Source: an uncultured Bdellovibrionales bacterium
GTDB taxonomy: Bacteria; Patescibacteriota; Minisyncoccia; Moranbacterales; GWC2-37-73
Length of the DNA stretch: 64,000 bases
Direction: 5' to 3'
NCBI GenBank assembly: GCA_964484505.1
Contig: CAZAFB010000002.1
Coordinates: 9,679-73,678 of the forward strand
Shown: positions 18,201 to 27,396 of the stretch, piece by piece
Layout: every line of letters begins with the position of its first letter
How positions within the stretch are numbered: the first letter of the stretch is position 1
Translations under genes and position numbers: made by a program
Notes under the pieces: generated by a model
What the model was told of the DNA's origin: nothing
Database searches by the model: none
Seen by the model: only the letters and a program-made list of their open reading frames with translations

Positions 18201-20540
18201 TGAGATTGTGTCATTGCTTTTTGCCAAGCGATAACCGCCATAGCCCTTTCCGATTATGTGTTCAAAACCTGAAAGGTCATTTGTTTTTATCCACGCGCTC
18301 ATGCTGAAACTGCTGGTATTTATGAACTGATAGTGTGTAGGATTTCCCATGTTGACATAATCATCCGTTCCATCAAAAATTCCGCCATTGCCAAACTTGG
18401 CATAGGCAGTCGTAGCTCCTCCGGAAGAAGTTCCATTATTTCCAACACCGCTTGCATCCTTCACTTCTCCAGTCGTTCCGTTCCAACTTGCCTCATCCAT
18501 CTTCCAATGTCCAACCAGGCCATCATTAAGCCATTTGTCAGATTTGCCGCCAAATGCTTGCGCCGATCCTTCTGCTGCCCCGCTTCCTGCAAGTCCGGAA
18601 TTATAATCCATTTTGATTTGCTCGCCGCTTCGCGCGAATGGATAGACTTTTACCTCATCAATATATCCTTTAAAAGTATATGTGCCTGGCGCCATTCCCA
18701 TTCCTCCAATTGCGCTATTATAACTTGCTGCAGTTCCCACACCCAATGTAGAACTTTGAGAAGCAACTTCCCTTCCGTTAACATAAAGGCGCATCACATC
18801 ACCATCATAAGAAAAGGTTACTTGAGTCCATTGGTTAAAGGGAAAACTATTAGGATCAGTAACCGCTGCCGAGGTGGAATTCCAAATCGTGCCACTTAAT
18901 CTCCCTCCTGCTATGCGTAATTCGATTCCATTATATGCTCCGCAGCAATCTCTTGCATTGCTATATATATACCCATATGAATAGCTGGAATCTCCTTTAT
19001 AGTTAACCCATGCTGAAACGGAGAAATTAGAAGGATTTAATTTTAAAGAGTTTCCCAAATTCACATAATCACCAGAATTTTGTCCATCAAAATAAAGACA
19101 ATTTCCGTTAAGACACTCCGAGCTATTTTTCCATGCAGCGCCAGTTATTGTGCCGTTAAAACCATTGGAAGTAGAGTCATTAGTAGTGGTTCCATTTCCC
19201 TCATCAAATTTCCAATAAGCTACGGGCGCAGGCGCCTGTTCTTCATTTCCCACATTTGATGAATTGGCTCCATATGTGCTTCCCTTGACTTTCATCTCAT
19301 CAATTCCCCCGTTTCCCGCGAACGTCCCATATCTTATTTGTCTGCTGCCTCCTGCTGAAAAAGCTTCGGAAGTTGAGTAGTTTGTTTGAAAATAGGAATT
19401 TTGCGCACTGGTGTAACCATGATGCCAATCGGAATTATTTTTATTAATAATCGTTCCGCCATACCTTCCATCAGCAGTCCATCTTTGTCCAAACCAATTA
19501 TCACCAAGATCAGCTTGATACAAGGTTCCGGAATCCGCAGCTTGATCAACAAGCGTCTCACTACCATTTACCCATACGGAATTGCGGGTAGCGGTGTCGA
19601 AATTTAAGTAATAATAAAGATTTTCAGTTCCCGAAGCATTGTAATTCATATACACCATCTCTTCCACGAATCCGTTACGGAACATTTTAACAATAGTACC
19701 GAAAGAACTATAGCTTCCATAATTTGTATCTTCATATTTAACTTCCACAAACATGGGACCTTGTGAAAGCAGTGTCCTTGAAAATTGCCTGTCATCCCAC
19801 CAATTTCCCGGGTAACTGTCTGTATAACGATACGTTCCATTAACGCCAAGGTTGGTCCCGTCTTTACGCATATCCGAAATCTTACCATAAGAAGCATTGG
19901 TGCTATATCCATAACCATCTTTCATTTCCACGGTTTCGCCATCATTAACAACACTGGAAACATCACTCGCAAAGTTCTGCGCAAGCGCCTGCTGATTGCC
20001 ATAGTAAATGAAATATGCTGCTGAATTTTTTGCATCAACATTGCCTTCTATCCATATGCCCGTAGTTGAAGTGTTCAAAGTGCTTTTCTCCAATTGAAAA
20101 CGAACGCTTTTTCCATTTATATCAACGACCCGCAAATCGCTCCCGTCGCTTTTCATCTTTCCAGCAGAAATTAGAGACTGGGTATCCAAAATCACGCGAT
20201 AAGGAATGTTTGATGCGACATAAGTGCTATTATTGCTGACAGTAATGCTTTTCCGATATGCCCATGAATCATTCCACCAAGCGGCTTGCGACTTTGGTCC
20301 GCGCAAAAAGGCAAACCAAATTGAACCAGAAAGAATGGCGATGATTATGATCAGTGAGGTTGAAGCGGCCCAATATGGGTGTTTGCGATTGAAATCCTTT
20401 TTGACAAAACCCACCGGATTGCGTTTAATCAGAAAACGCAAAAAATCAGCAGCTCTGTCCAACCACCAATCAGAACCAGACATGTTTAAACATGTCTTTT
20501 TAACTTTTCTAAGCAAAGTCTTTGCCATATTATGTGACAA
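15204..20540 (-). CDS. DUF2341 + six LamG/concanavalin-A-like lectin domain surface protein
   Basis: TM then AAWWNDSWAYRKSITV...DGSDLRVVD...YFIYYGN (DUF2341-type); six units starting (A/G)P/LVxxW/YK(F/M/L)DE and ending G.IDE/DV(K/R)xYNxA. Confidence 0.85.
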   Translation of the reverse strand: MSHNMAKTLLRKVKKTCLNMSGSDWWLDRAADFLRFLIKRNPVGFVKKDFNRKHPYWAASTSLIIIIAILSGSIWFAFLRGPKSQAAWWNDSWAYRKSITVSNNSTYVASNIPYRVILDTQSLISAGKMKSDGSDLRVVDINGKSVRFQLEKSTLNTSTTGIWIEGNVDAKNSAAYFIYYGNQQALAQNFASDVSSVVNDGETVEMKDGYGYSTNASYGKISDMRKDGTNLGVNGTYRYTDSYPGNWWDDRQFSRTLLSQGPMFVEVKYEDTNYGSYSSFGTIVKMFRNGFVEEMVYMNYNASGTENLYYYLNFDTATRNSVWVNGSETLVDQAADSGTLYQADLGDNWFGQRWTADGRYGGTIINKNNSDWHHGYTSAQNSYFQTNYSTSEAFSAGGSRQIRYGTFAGNGGIDEMKVKGSTYGANSSNVGNEEQAPAPVAYWKFDEGNGTTTNDSTSNGFNGTITGAAWKNSSECLNGNCLYFDGQNSGDYVNLGNSLKLNPSNFSVSAWVNYKGDSSYSYGYIYSNARDCCGAYNGIELRIAGGRLSGTIWNSTSAAVTDPNSFPFNQWTQVTFSYDGDVMRLYVNGREVASQSSTLGVGTAASYNSAIGGMGMAPGTYTFKGYIDEVKVYPFARSGEQIKMDYNSGLAGSGAAEGSAQAFGGKSDKWLNDGLVGHWKMDEASWNGTTGEVKDASGVGNNGTSSGGATTAYAKFGNGGIFDGTDDYVNMGNPTHYQFINTSSFSMSAWIKTNDLSGFEHIIGKGYGGYRLAKSNDTISFRLNSNQLTAATPSLLNTSDWFHVVAVYDGITKNAKIYVNGQQQANSTNTSVNWTSTSDNFQIGNSPNESYYFNGKIDEARTYNRALSPEEVRKLYDWAPGPVLHYKLDENAGTSASDFSGNGINGNMVNSPTWTQGKYGSAVKFAGTSDYVNVNNTAMLNPAYVTVEAWAKFDSLSDRPHIVGKGDGSSGAYWIVVEANGLPRFYYSKSGGAWANAGGTAGDIVAGDWYHFAGVYDGTKAYIYVNGVLKGSASDVGVLKTDDVNPLRLGRNSGDLDTYAGMIDDVKIYNYARTTDQIVEDMSGGGSDADSGGGTVEPLAYWKFDEGSGTTANNVGFKGSSMNLSLATSTATPQWENSGKFNKAVHFDGSDDYVYNSSDNAILKNGSESGRFTISAWVKPDGVQAGGERVILGRSGCHSGLVANSNNSFSFNIAATDCWTSGKILNGGAISNWTDWHHVVGVYDNRLMKIYIDGVLKNATTFTASIYSHDNNLYSGSIGTYAFDGIIDELKIYNAALSEEEVEADYNQGKSAVMSFAGMSAGGVGDGSANAEYCVPGDSTSCSAPVGEWKFDEKNGTTVSDTGSGGRNATLTNGPTWVVGKKGSAANFDGTDDYASISRFDLGSSGITLEAWVKSTSSDSTKTYTGNAAQNVIGDNTNGVGLGFGLTGGKIQYMHYNSAWASVNGTANVNDGNWHHIVATHNTSGAVALYLDGKLDNSGTVTFSSNRGINRIGGGYESYVTDATGDEFNGSIDHVMVYNYGRTPAQVAYDYNRGAPVGWWKFDECQGGTAYDSSGNGNNGTINIGSGGTQTSAGTCTNSGTAWGNGTSGKFNSSLNFDGTDDYATRNMTVSPLNGTVALWVKNPAAGVGNYIFRADANFRTYISIAGSTIGFVKGNPAVFPTSTSAPSANIWKHVALKWWTSGGTSYCQAYADGIPTGSPLTFTDSTAGTFITVAGYTQSGTQNASGQFDDVRVYNYALTDQQIKNVMNEGSALRFGN

Positions 20541-20599
20541 TTATAGCATAATGAGCTAAGCTAACCTAGTTTAGGAAATTTAGAGCCACAGCAATTCAA

Positions 20600-20629
20600 A
20601 GACCCACCCCTCTAGCGAGGACTGGGTCT
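20600..20629. terminator. Hairpin/terminator between the subunit-like gene and the LamG gene
   Basis: AGACCCA..CCTC-tagc-GAGG..TGGGTCT followed by a T-run. Confidence 0.5.
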
Positions 20630-20680
20630 CTTTTTATATTCGCCCTATTCGTGCATTTTTTATTCGTATAATTCGTGTAT

Positions 20681-21379
20681 TTACAGTTTCGCTGTTGCCG
20701 TATAGGTTATAATGTTGGAATAAGGTCCGGATTTCTGAGTTGGCGGAGCATCAACTTTGTATTCAATAGTCGTGTTATCACCACCACTGGAATATCCTGT
20801 TTTGGTATGAATAATCGCAGGCGTTAGAGGGAATGACGCATACTTATAATTTGGATTGCTGCCCCATTTCGAATCAACACCTGTTCCCGAAGCAATCGTG
20901 AAGCCAAGCCCCACACCAGACCACACACACGGCGCAATAATAAAACAAGAATAATCCGGGAGAGTAGTGACAGAATCAGAATGCAGCATTGAATGGTTTT
21001 CACTTGCATAAATATCATAACCACCCCAAGAATCAGTGGTGACTGTTATTATGGACTGACCAGTCCTTGCGATTCCAGGAGTAAGCGAACCCAGATTCAC
21101 CGTATTTGAATTAATCGACATGGAAAGTGAATAATTTATCATATACCAAAAACCCTGCTGAGCTGAAAAAGTTTCACTCTGCCCAATGCCAATAACCGGT
21201 TCGCCCAGAGTATCTGTCAACCTGAAAGATTCTGAGGTACCCAAATCACCCGCACTTCCAATAACATCGGAATTGATGCTATATGTCTCGCTGGACATGG
21301 CGGCATAACAATGGCTACTGATTAACAGCCCTGCCATCAGAAAGCCCGCGTATATTAATTTGTTTACTTTGTTTTTCAT
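20681..21379 (-). CDS. Secreted protein with an extra N-terminal domain and a C-terminal WxL/fimbrial-subunit-like domain (paralog of 24032 and 24799)
   Basis: Signal peptide (CYA-A); VNLGSLTPG...VTTDSWGGYDI...GLGF...WG...FP...YKVDAPPTQKSGPYSNIITYTATAKL aligns with the two subunits. Confidence 0.75.
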   Translation of the reverse strand: MKNKVNKLIYAGFLMAGLLISSHCYAAMSSETYSINSDVIGSAGDLGTSESFRLTDTLGEPVIGIGQSETFSAQQGFWYMINYSLSMSINSNTVNLGSLTPGIARTGQSIITVTTDSWGGYDIYASENHSMLHSDSVTTLPDYSCFIIAPCVWSGVGLGFTIASGTGVDSKWGSNPNYKYASFPLTPAIIHTKTGYSSGGDNTTIEYKVDAPPTQKSGPYSNIITYTATAKL

Positions 21380-21450
21380 CGAGGTCTAAAAAGAAATATG
21401 TTTCATGGAAAAAAGAAATTTGTTCAGGAAAGGTGAGGGTAACGTCAGAA

Positions 21451-22065
21451 TCACAACACTACCATTCTCTTCTTACGACGATTTAGATCATACACCGTCT
21501 TTTTATGCATCCATGCCAGAATAATTACTATTATTACTCCAGCTGCTATTGTTTTATTACCATCAATCCGAGAAAAGAAATGTGTCACGGCCCCGTCTTT
21601 CTCAATCAAATCAGAAACCACCATGCGCGAATACCTTCCAGAGGAGTCTGTCACAAATAAGCCATAACAATATTTCATTCCCGCAAGCGTAGTTTCATCC
21701 TGATATGAATCTCCGTTTCCGCGATATAATTCCGCGCCATCTCTGGGAAGCAAGGGACATCTATTTTCACTGCGCACAAGCACGACAGCTTCCGTTTCCT
21801 GCAAAGAAATCTTTTTCCAACTTATATACACCCCCCTAAGCAGCTGCTTCACTTGCAAATCTTCAACCCGTGAGGCTTCGTCAGCAGCAGCTTTTCCTGG
21901 AACTGTCGGAAGATCCTCCAAATTTATGGTTTGTGCCGAAACAGGAACAGTAATGGATACGATAATGAAAAAAAGTATGCCCGAAAAAACCGAAGCTGAA
22001 TCGGTAATTACTTTTTTTCCATAGGCATATTTTTCAGGACTGTTTTTTTCTGAAACACAATCCAT
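21451..22065 (-). CDS. Secreted FnIII-like protein with C-terminal TM anchor
   Basis: Signal (VSA-Q); VYISW...VLVRSE..P..PRDG.ELYRG...YQDE......YCYGLFVTDSSGRYS; C-terminal TM + basic tail. Confidence 0.65.
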   Translation of the reverse strand: MDCVSEKNSPEKYAYGKKVITDSASVFSGILFFIIVSITVPVSAQTINLEDLPTVPGKAAADEASRVEDLQVKQLLRGVYISWKKISLQETEAVVLVRSENRCPLLPRDGAELYRGNGDSYQDETTLAGMKYCYGLFVTDSSGRYSRMVVSDLIEKDGAVTHFFSRIDGNKTIAAGVIIVIILAWMHKKTVYDLNRRKKRMVVL

Positions 22066-23029
22066 ATCCTGTTTTTGTTATAACAATTAATACCGCAATA
22101 AAACCTAAAATGGTTACGAATGAATATTTTCCGAAAAGCATTTTTTTTGTTTGGTGAGCTCTGCCATCTCCGTCAGTGAAAGAAGCTTGAGCAACATACA
22201 CGCCAAAAAGTGATTTCACATTCCACTTAGCGGCGAAAGAATATTTTTTTCCAGGAAAAACAAAATGTTTTTCCAATTCAACCGTTTCAGTCTTTCTGGT
22301 GAAAAAATTGCGAACACTTATCTCTCCGTGCGGTATATAGTGAATCGTACCATTATTGGCAAATTCAGTATTGAAAACAACATCTTTATCCGCAACCAGT
22401 GGGGCATCAAATTTTGTAATCTTGCCGGCACCGGACTTCTCCCCAAGCACATTTATCAAAACATAAATTCCTACGCGCCCGCTAACTATCGTGGTTTGGA
22501 AATTGTCCACATTTATTTCCGGAAAAGCGCGCAACATTACTGCACCATAATGACTGCCCACAACGGCATCTTTGGGAACAACTATTGAAAATTCAATTTC
22601 TCTCGTTTCATTGGGGGAAAGCAACCAAGGATCAACCGGAATTTCCAGCCAGGATCGCATCCCATATGCTTCATTATCTCCATCGATAAAAGTTATCTCA
22701 TTATTGTCCGCGACCGAAAAATCTTGTTTTTCAGCTGACATTCTTTGTTCATTGGCGGAAATATTAACCACATTTACTTTGAATTTTTTTTCCTCTCCCT
22801 GAGCCAGATCGAAAGCGAAAGCGGATTGATCAATTGATATACCAACAATTTCGTCAGCAGAAGTCTCTTGAGCAAGGGCTTTTTTTGCTACGCAAAGCGC
22901 GCTGCATGTCATGATGACAAGAAGCGCGCAGAAAGGCACTAACCCTTTTTTCCCGAAAAAAATCATAGGCTTGAATTTCAATGACAGCAAAGCAGAAAAT
23001 ACAATTTCATCATACCACATTCCAGACAC
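22034..23029 (-). CDS. DUF916/WxL-interacting, PapD-like two-Ig protein with C-terminal TM anchor
   Basis: ALA-Q signal; GISIDQSAFAFDLAQGEEKKFKVNVVN...WLEI...LSPNETREIEFSIVVPKDAVVGSHYGAV...RVGIYVLINVLG...FANNGTIH; C-terminal TM. Confidence 0.75.
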   Translation of the reverse strand: MSGMWYDEIVFSALLSLKFKPMIFFGKKGLVPFCALLVIMTCSALCVAKKALAQETSADEIVGISIDQSAFAFDLAQGEEKKFKVNVVNISANEQRMSAEKQDFSVADNNEITFIDGDNEAYGMRSWLEIPVDPWLLSPNETREIEFSIVVPKDAVVGSHYGAVMLRAFPEINVDNFQTTIVSGRVGIYVLINVLGEKSGAGKITKFDAPLVADKDVVFNTEFANNGTIHYIPHGEISVRNFFTRKTETVELEKHFVFPGKKYSFAAKWNVKSLFGVYVAQASFTDGDGRAHQTKKMLFGKYSFVTILGFIAVLIVITKTGYGLCFRKKQS

Positions 23030-23038
23030 TCATGGTTT

Positions 23039-23998
23039 CTATTCATTCTCCTTTCTCTTGATTTCAAATTTGGTCGTGAATATCTTCCATCCAAGCCATA
23101 GGATTACGATAGCCAAAATGATAAGTACGGTTGTTTTCCAAGGAATAACCCAGAAAGTGGCTATTTTTTCCATCCTGATTTCTTGATCATCAGAAGCTAA
23201 TTGCATCTTCGCTTTATAATAACCGTAAGACCAGGGTGAAAAATTCCAAGAATTTTCATAATTACGATATCTTTCCGGATAAAGTATTCTTTCCGGGATC
23301 TCTTCTTCATTAACCTTCCTACCAAAAAGATTGGTTATTTCCAGTTTTCCGGTTGCCTTATAGTGAAGATTTCCACTATTATAAACTTCCGCTAACAACT
23401 CTGCCGGTTTATCCCAAAATATTTTCTTTTTTGCCTCAAACTTCCTGATTTCACCTGAGCGGCGAATTGGCTCATCACCCTTAACCGCCATTACCAACAA
23501 AACGCCCACGCGCTGATGGATGATAACTTTCGAAGTACGTCCGTCATCTTGCTCACCGGTGTTATTGGTCGTCTTGAAAAATATCGCTCCGTAATATCCA
23601 CCTGTAGGCATTTTTTCCGGCACATTCACTTTGAAAGAAATGTCTTTCCCTTCTCCGGGAGCAAGAGTTAGTTTTCGCGGTACATCAATCCAATTTATTA
23701 CATCCCAGGCTTTAAGTGGATGACTGTCCGTAGGCACGAAAAATCGAGCTTCAAAAGAATCATCAGAAACATAGAAGTCCTCTATCTCTACATCGACATC
23801 ATAGGGAATATCGGAATAATTTTTCAAGTTTATAACACCCGTCCTTCCCTCTCCATCATTAAAATCCCAGGCGAAACGAACCGGCGAAACCTGCACGCCA
23901 GATCCTATTCCATCATCCTGAGCCAAAACCGTGCTTGCATAAACCGATCCCAAAAAAATCAAGCCGGCCAAAACGGTAACTGAAATACTCTTTTTCAT
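23039..23998 (-). CDS. Second DUF916/WxL-interacting, PapD-like protein with C-terminal TM anchor
   Basis: VLA-Q signal; GVQVSPVRFAWD...INLKN...WIDV...LAPGEGKDISFKVNVPEKMPTGGYYGAIFF...RVGVLLVMAVKG...YNSGNLH...FWVIPWK + TM. Confidence 0.8.
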   Translation of the reverse strand: MKKSISVTVLAGLIFLGSVYASTVLAQDDGIGSGVQVSPVRFAWDFNDGEGRTGVINLKNYSDIPYDVDVEIEDFYVSDDSFEARFFVPTDSHPLKAWDVINWIDVPRKLTLAPGEGKDISFKVNVPEKMPTGGYYGAIFFKTTNNTGEQDDGRTSKVIIHQRVGVLLVMAVKGDEPIRRSGEIRKFEAKKKIFWDKPAELLAEVYNSGNLHYKATGKLEITNLFGRKVNEEEIPERILYPERYRNYENSWNFSPWSYGYYKAKMQLASDDQEIRMEKIATFWVIPWKTTVLIILAIVILWLGWKIFTTKFEIKRKENE

Positions 23999-24031
23999 AA
24001 TAGCTGTAAATATAATCTTAGGACTGTCTTT

Positions 24032-24715
24032 TTATGGTTTCGTCGTAGCCTGATAAGTTATTGTACCGTTATATGAACCGGATCTTTGCGTTCCGGGAAC
24101 ATCCACTCTGTATGCAACAACAACTGCAGTTGAGGTTGCACTATATGAGTCATGATCCATTATTGTGGCATATGTGCTAGGAAAACCCGCAAAAAGAGGA
24201 GAAGCATCTGTTCCCCACCAAGTTTGATTATGAGTAGCCGTTGTTCCTGAAACGGCAACACGAAATCCCAAACCTGTACCAGTCCAGGCAGCAGCATTTG
24301 GCGTGCCAGGTGTCCAAGCTGTTTTATCTGTTATGTTTGTAGCAGCATCAGTAGTGTGATCCATTGTCGTATCCCCATCGTCACGCCTTACCGCGAGATC
24401 ATATCCGCTTTCCGCATTGGTTGTTGTAGTGCAAGTGGAAGTGCCGTTTACGGGTGTTCCCGGAGTGAGTGTTCCCAAATTGACATCGGCGCCGCAATTT
24501 AATGATATGTTTTGGGCAACCGTAAGCGAAAGCGTAACTTGATCAGTTGTCGTTATGGCCCCGTTAATACAATTTAAGGGAAAAAGAATTGCAGCAGAAA
24601 AAATAACCAGGCCATATAACGCCACGAGAAGCTTAAATGTTTTATTTTTAATTTTTCTGTTTTTTTTCTCGAAAATAAACATGTTTATACAACGCATATG
24701 ATCAATCAGCGCCAA
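24032..24715 (-). CDS. Secreted WxL/fimbrial-subunit-like protein (start probably ATG 24682)
   Basis: Signal then AITTTDQVTLSLTVAQNISLNC...C...; C-terminal QRSGSYNGTITYQATTKP. Confidence 0.8.
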   Translation of the reverse strand: MALIDHMRCINMFIFEKKNRKIKNKTFKLLVALYGLVIFSAAILFPLNCINGAITTTDQVTLSLTVAQNISLNCGADVNLGTLTPGTPVNGTSTCTTTTNAESGYDLAVRRDDGDTTMDHTTDAATNITDKTAWTPGTPNAAAWTGTGLGFRVAVSGTTATHNQTWWGTDASPLFAGFPSTYATIMDHDSYSATSTAVVVAYRVDVPGTQRSGSYNGTITYQATTKP

Positions 24716-24798
24716 ATAGAAATATCCACGTTTATATCTAAAAGGAGGCAGGGTTTAAATTAATCCAGCGTATTTTAAAAATAATTATTTATCGCATA

Positions 24799-25449
24799 TT
24801 AAGGCTTTGTCGTAGCTTGATAAGTAATGGTACCATCATAAGCTCCCGATCTTTGAGTTCCTGGAACATCTACTTCATAGCAAACAACCGTGTTTGTCGA
24901 TGAAGAATTGTAACTGTCATAATCCATAATCAAAGTATAAGCAGTGGGAAAACCTGCATACTTTTGAGCTGCCTCAGTACATGCAGCACCAGTTCCCCAC
25001 CAAGTTGTATTTTTTGAACCTGTGGAGCTTAGCACTCCGAATCCAAGTCCTGTACCGGAATATGCCGCAGCGTTACCAGCGCCAGCGCTTGCTGTCGGAT
25101 CCCAAACAGTCTTGTCGGTAATATTATCGGAAGCACTTGTGGTTTTATCCATCGTTGTGTCGGCATCATCACGTCTTACCGCAAGATCATATCCAGCTTC
25201 CGAATTAGTTGTAACAGTACATGTTGAGCTTCCCGTAACTGGCGTACCAGGGGTAAGAGTTCCCAAGTTTACGTCAGCTCCGCAATTCAATGTAATGTTC
25301 TGAGCTACCGTTAATGATAACGTTACCTGATCGGTTGTAGTAATCGCCCCCTTGCTGCCTCGATCAAAAATCAATATATCCGCAGCAAAAATGATGGTGA
25401 TAACAGCCACGACAGCTATCAATCTCAACTGTTTCTTTCTGTTTTTCAT
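24799..25449 (-). CDS. Secreted WxL/fimbrial-subunit-like protein, tandem paralog of 24032
   Basis: AITTTDQVTLSLTVAQNITLNCGADVNLGTLTPG...QRSGAYDGTITYQATTKP; has its own -10 (TATAAT, 25525-25530). Confidence 0.8.
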   Translation of the reverse strand: MKNRKKQLRLIAVVAVITIIFAADILIFDRGSKGAITTTDQVTLSLTVAQNITLNCGADVNLGTLTPGTPVTGSSTCTVTTNSEAGYDLAVRRDDADTTMDKTTSASDNITDKTVWDPTASAGAGNAAAYSGTGLGFGVLSSTGSKNTTWWGTGAACTEAAQKYAGFPTAYTLIMDYDSYNSSSTNTVVCYEVDVPGTQRSGAYDGTITYQATTKP

Positions 25450-25574
25450 CTTGTTATGTTTATTTTTATCTTAAAATGATGGCAATTATCTTGAATTTAA
25501 TCACTAACAATTTTCCCTATCTTTATTATAAAACATACTTATCAGAAATAAAAGTAACATGACTTATCCACAGG

Positions 25575-25886
25575 TTACTTTTTCTTTTTTTCGCCATCTA
25601 TCTTTCTCACTAAATCACGCATAGTATACATTCCAGCAAGAAAAACTACGCTAAAAATAACTTTTGATCCGGTGAAATATAAGGCAAATCTGCCTTCCGG
25701 CAAACCACCAAATATAAAGATGGCTTCGGCAATTGCGAGAAAAACTATAGCCATCAAAAACAACTTATAGGAAATATCCAATTCCTGTTCCACTCGCCAA
25801 ATCACCCCGATTGCATAAATAATCGAAAGAAGCAGGCAAGCGAAGATAACTGATTCCATTATTATTAATATTTGTTCTGTGCTCAT
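25575..25886 (-). CDS. Small 3-TM membrane protein, translationally coupled (ATGA overlap) to the upstream gene
   Basis: Three hydrophobic segments; GGAGGT RBS; 4-bp overlap with 25883-27325. Confidence 0.75.
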   Translation of the reverse strand: MSTEQILIIMESVIFACLLLSIIYAIGVIWRVEQELDISYKLFLMAIVFLAIAEAIFIFGGLPEGRFALYFTGSKVIFSVVFLAGMYTMRDLVRKIDGEKKKK

Positions 25887-27325
25887 TTCAACACCTCCTT
25901 TCTTTTGGTTACAAATCCCTCTTTTTCCAAATCCATATCGAAAACATTCCTAAGTGCGTGCCTGTAAAGCCAGTACTCTATCAACAAAAGAATCAAGAAA
26001 ATCAAAAGTATCAGCAATAAAATAATAAATATCCAGCCAAGATTGGCAACAAGAGTTTCATTGGTAAGCAATATGCCGCCGCCAACACCAATGAAAGGAT
26101 AGTCTCGAATTAAAAAGAAATCTTCTGCAACGAAATTATTATTTTTCATTTGTGCAAAAAGACTTATTTTATATCTTCCCGGACCCATAAATACCGGAAG
26201 TTTGATATTTTTTTTCACATGCTCATCTGAAGTGATTTTTATTTCTTCTTTCAACTCATGCAGAAGTTTTGATTTGGAATCGAATATCCGATAAGTAAGC
26301 CAGGTTACATTTTCCGACCCTGACTTCCCTATATTTTTCAGAAAAACATCCAAAAAAAGTTCCTGTCCCCTAAAAACCAATTTTTCTTTATTAAGAACAG
26401 CTACCGAAACGCTTCCTTGCTTTCGCTCCATCGACATGGCGGGAGCAAGTTTTCCTTGCGGACGAACCAACTGCGTATAATTTTTATTTCCATGTTCATG
26501 ATCATCCTCATCAGATGTTGTTTCTTTAACTATTTCAAAAGACAATGAGGTTGTGCTCATGCGCATCTGATTATCATGATCGGTCGCGGTGACATAAATA
26601 ACATACGAACCAAGCGGCAAGTCTGCTGGAATGTTCCAATACCAATAACCATTAACATTGGCGAAAGTATCCGCCGCTATTATCGGTCCGGGATATAAGG
26701 ATATAGCTATTACAGCATTTGCCAAATTAGTCGTTCCTGTTATTAAAGGATTTTTGTTTTGAGTTTTAACAAGACCGACACTTTGCGTCAGATCAATCCC
26801 ATCGAAAGAAATAATTGCACATTGAGGCTGGGGGGGTGGCGGTGGCTCGCATATTCCCGTGGAAACAGCGGCCTCGTTAGATTGCGCATTACCCAACGGA
26901 CCATAAGCAACAACATAATAAGTATAGGAAGCATTCTGTTCTATGTTCGTGTCTGTATAGTAATTCGTAGAAATACCCGAAATTAAAATTTCCCCGTTCC
27001 TATATAAATCATAGCTGTTTGCATCCGGAGAAGCCGTCCAATTCAGCCAAATAGCAAGATTTCCCTTGTCACATTGTTCATAGCCGCTAAGCACAGGTAC
27101 TTCTGGCGGTCCCGGTATCCATAAACTCAGAGAAACGGCATCTGCAGCAAAGGCATATTTGTTTTTCATATCTCCCAGAAGCAATTCGGGACCCAACAAT
27201 AAACCGCTTGATATATATGCCACAAAAACCAAGCACGTTATTGCTGAATGGATTTTTACCGCGATATGCAGTTTTGTCTTTTTTGGCTTTGTCTTTTTCG
27301 GTTTTTTCTTTTTATTCATCTTCAT
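25883..27325 (-). CDS. Surface protein: FnIII + Ig-like (Big) domains, C-terminal TM anchor
   Basis: Lys-rich leader, AFA-A cleavage, LNWTASPDANSYDLYRNG..YTYYVVA (FnIII), NPLITGTT..ANVNGYWYW..LGSYVIYVTATD (Big), TM WIFIILLLILLIFLILLLIEYW. Confidence 0.8.
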   Translation of the reverse strand: MKMNKKKKPKKTKPKKTKLHIAVKIHSAITCLVFVAYISSGLLLGPELLLGDMKNKYAFAADAVSLSLWIPGPPEVPVLSGYEQCDKGNLAIWLNWTASPDANSYDLYRNGEILISGISTNYYTDTNIEQNASYTYYVVAYGPLGNAQSNEAAVSTGICEPPPPPQPQCAIISFDGIDLTQSVGLVKTQNKNPLITGTTNLANAVIAISLYPGPIIAADTFANVNGYWYWNIPADLPLGSYVIYVTATDHDNQMRMSTTSLSFEIVKETTSDEDDHEHGNKNYTQLVRPQGKLAPAMSMERKQGSVSVAVLNKEKLVFRGQELFLDVFLKNIGKSGSENVTWLTYRIFDSKSKLLHELKEEIKITSDEHVKKNIKLPVFMGPGRYKISLFAQMKNNNFVAEDFFLIRDYPFIGVGGGILLTNETLVANLGWIFIILLLILLIFLILLLIEYWLYRHALRNVFDMDLEKEGFVTKRKEVLK

Positions 27326-27396
27326 ATTTAAACGATGCGCTTAATTTTAAATTCTTTCCTGTTTGCACATTACCCATTCACCCTATTCATATGCCC

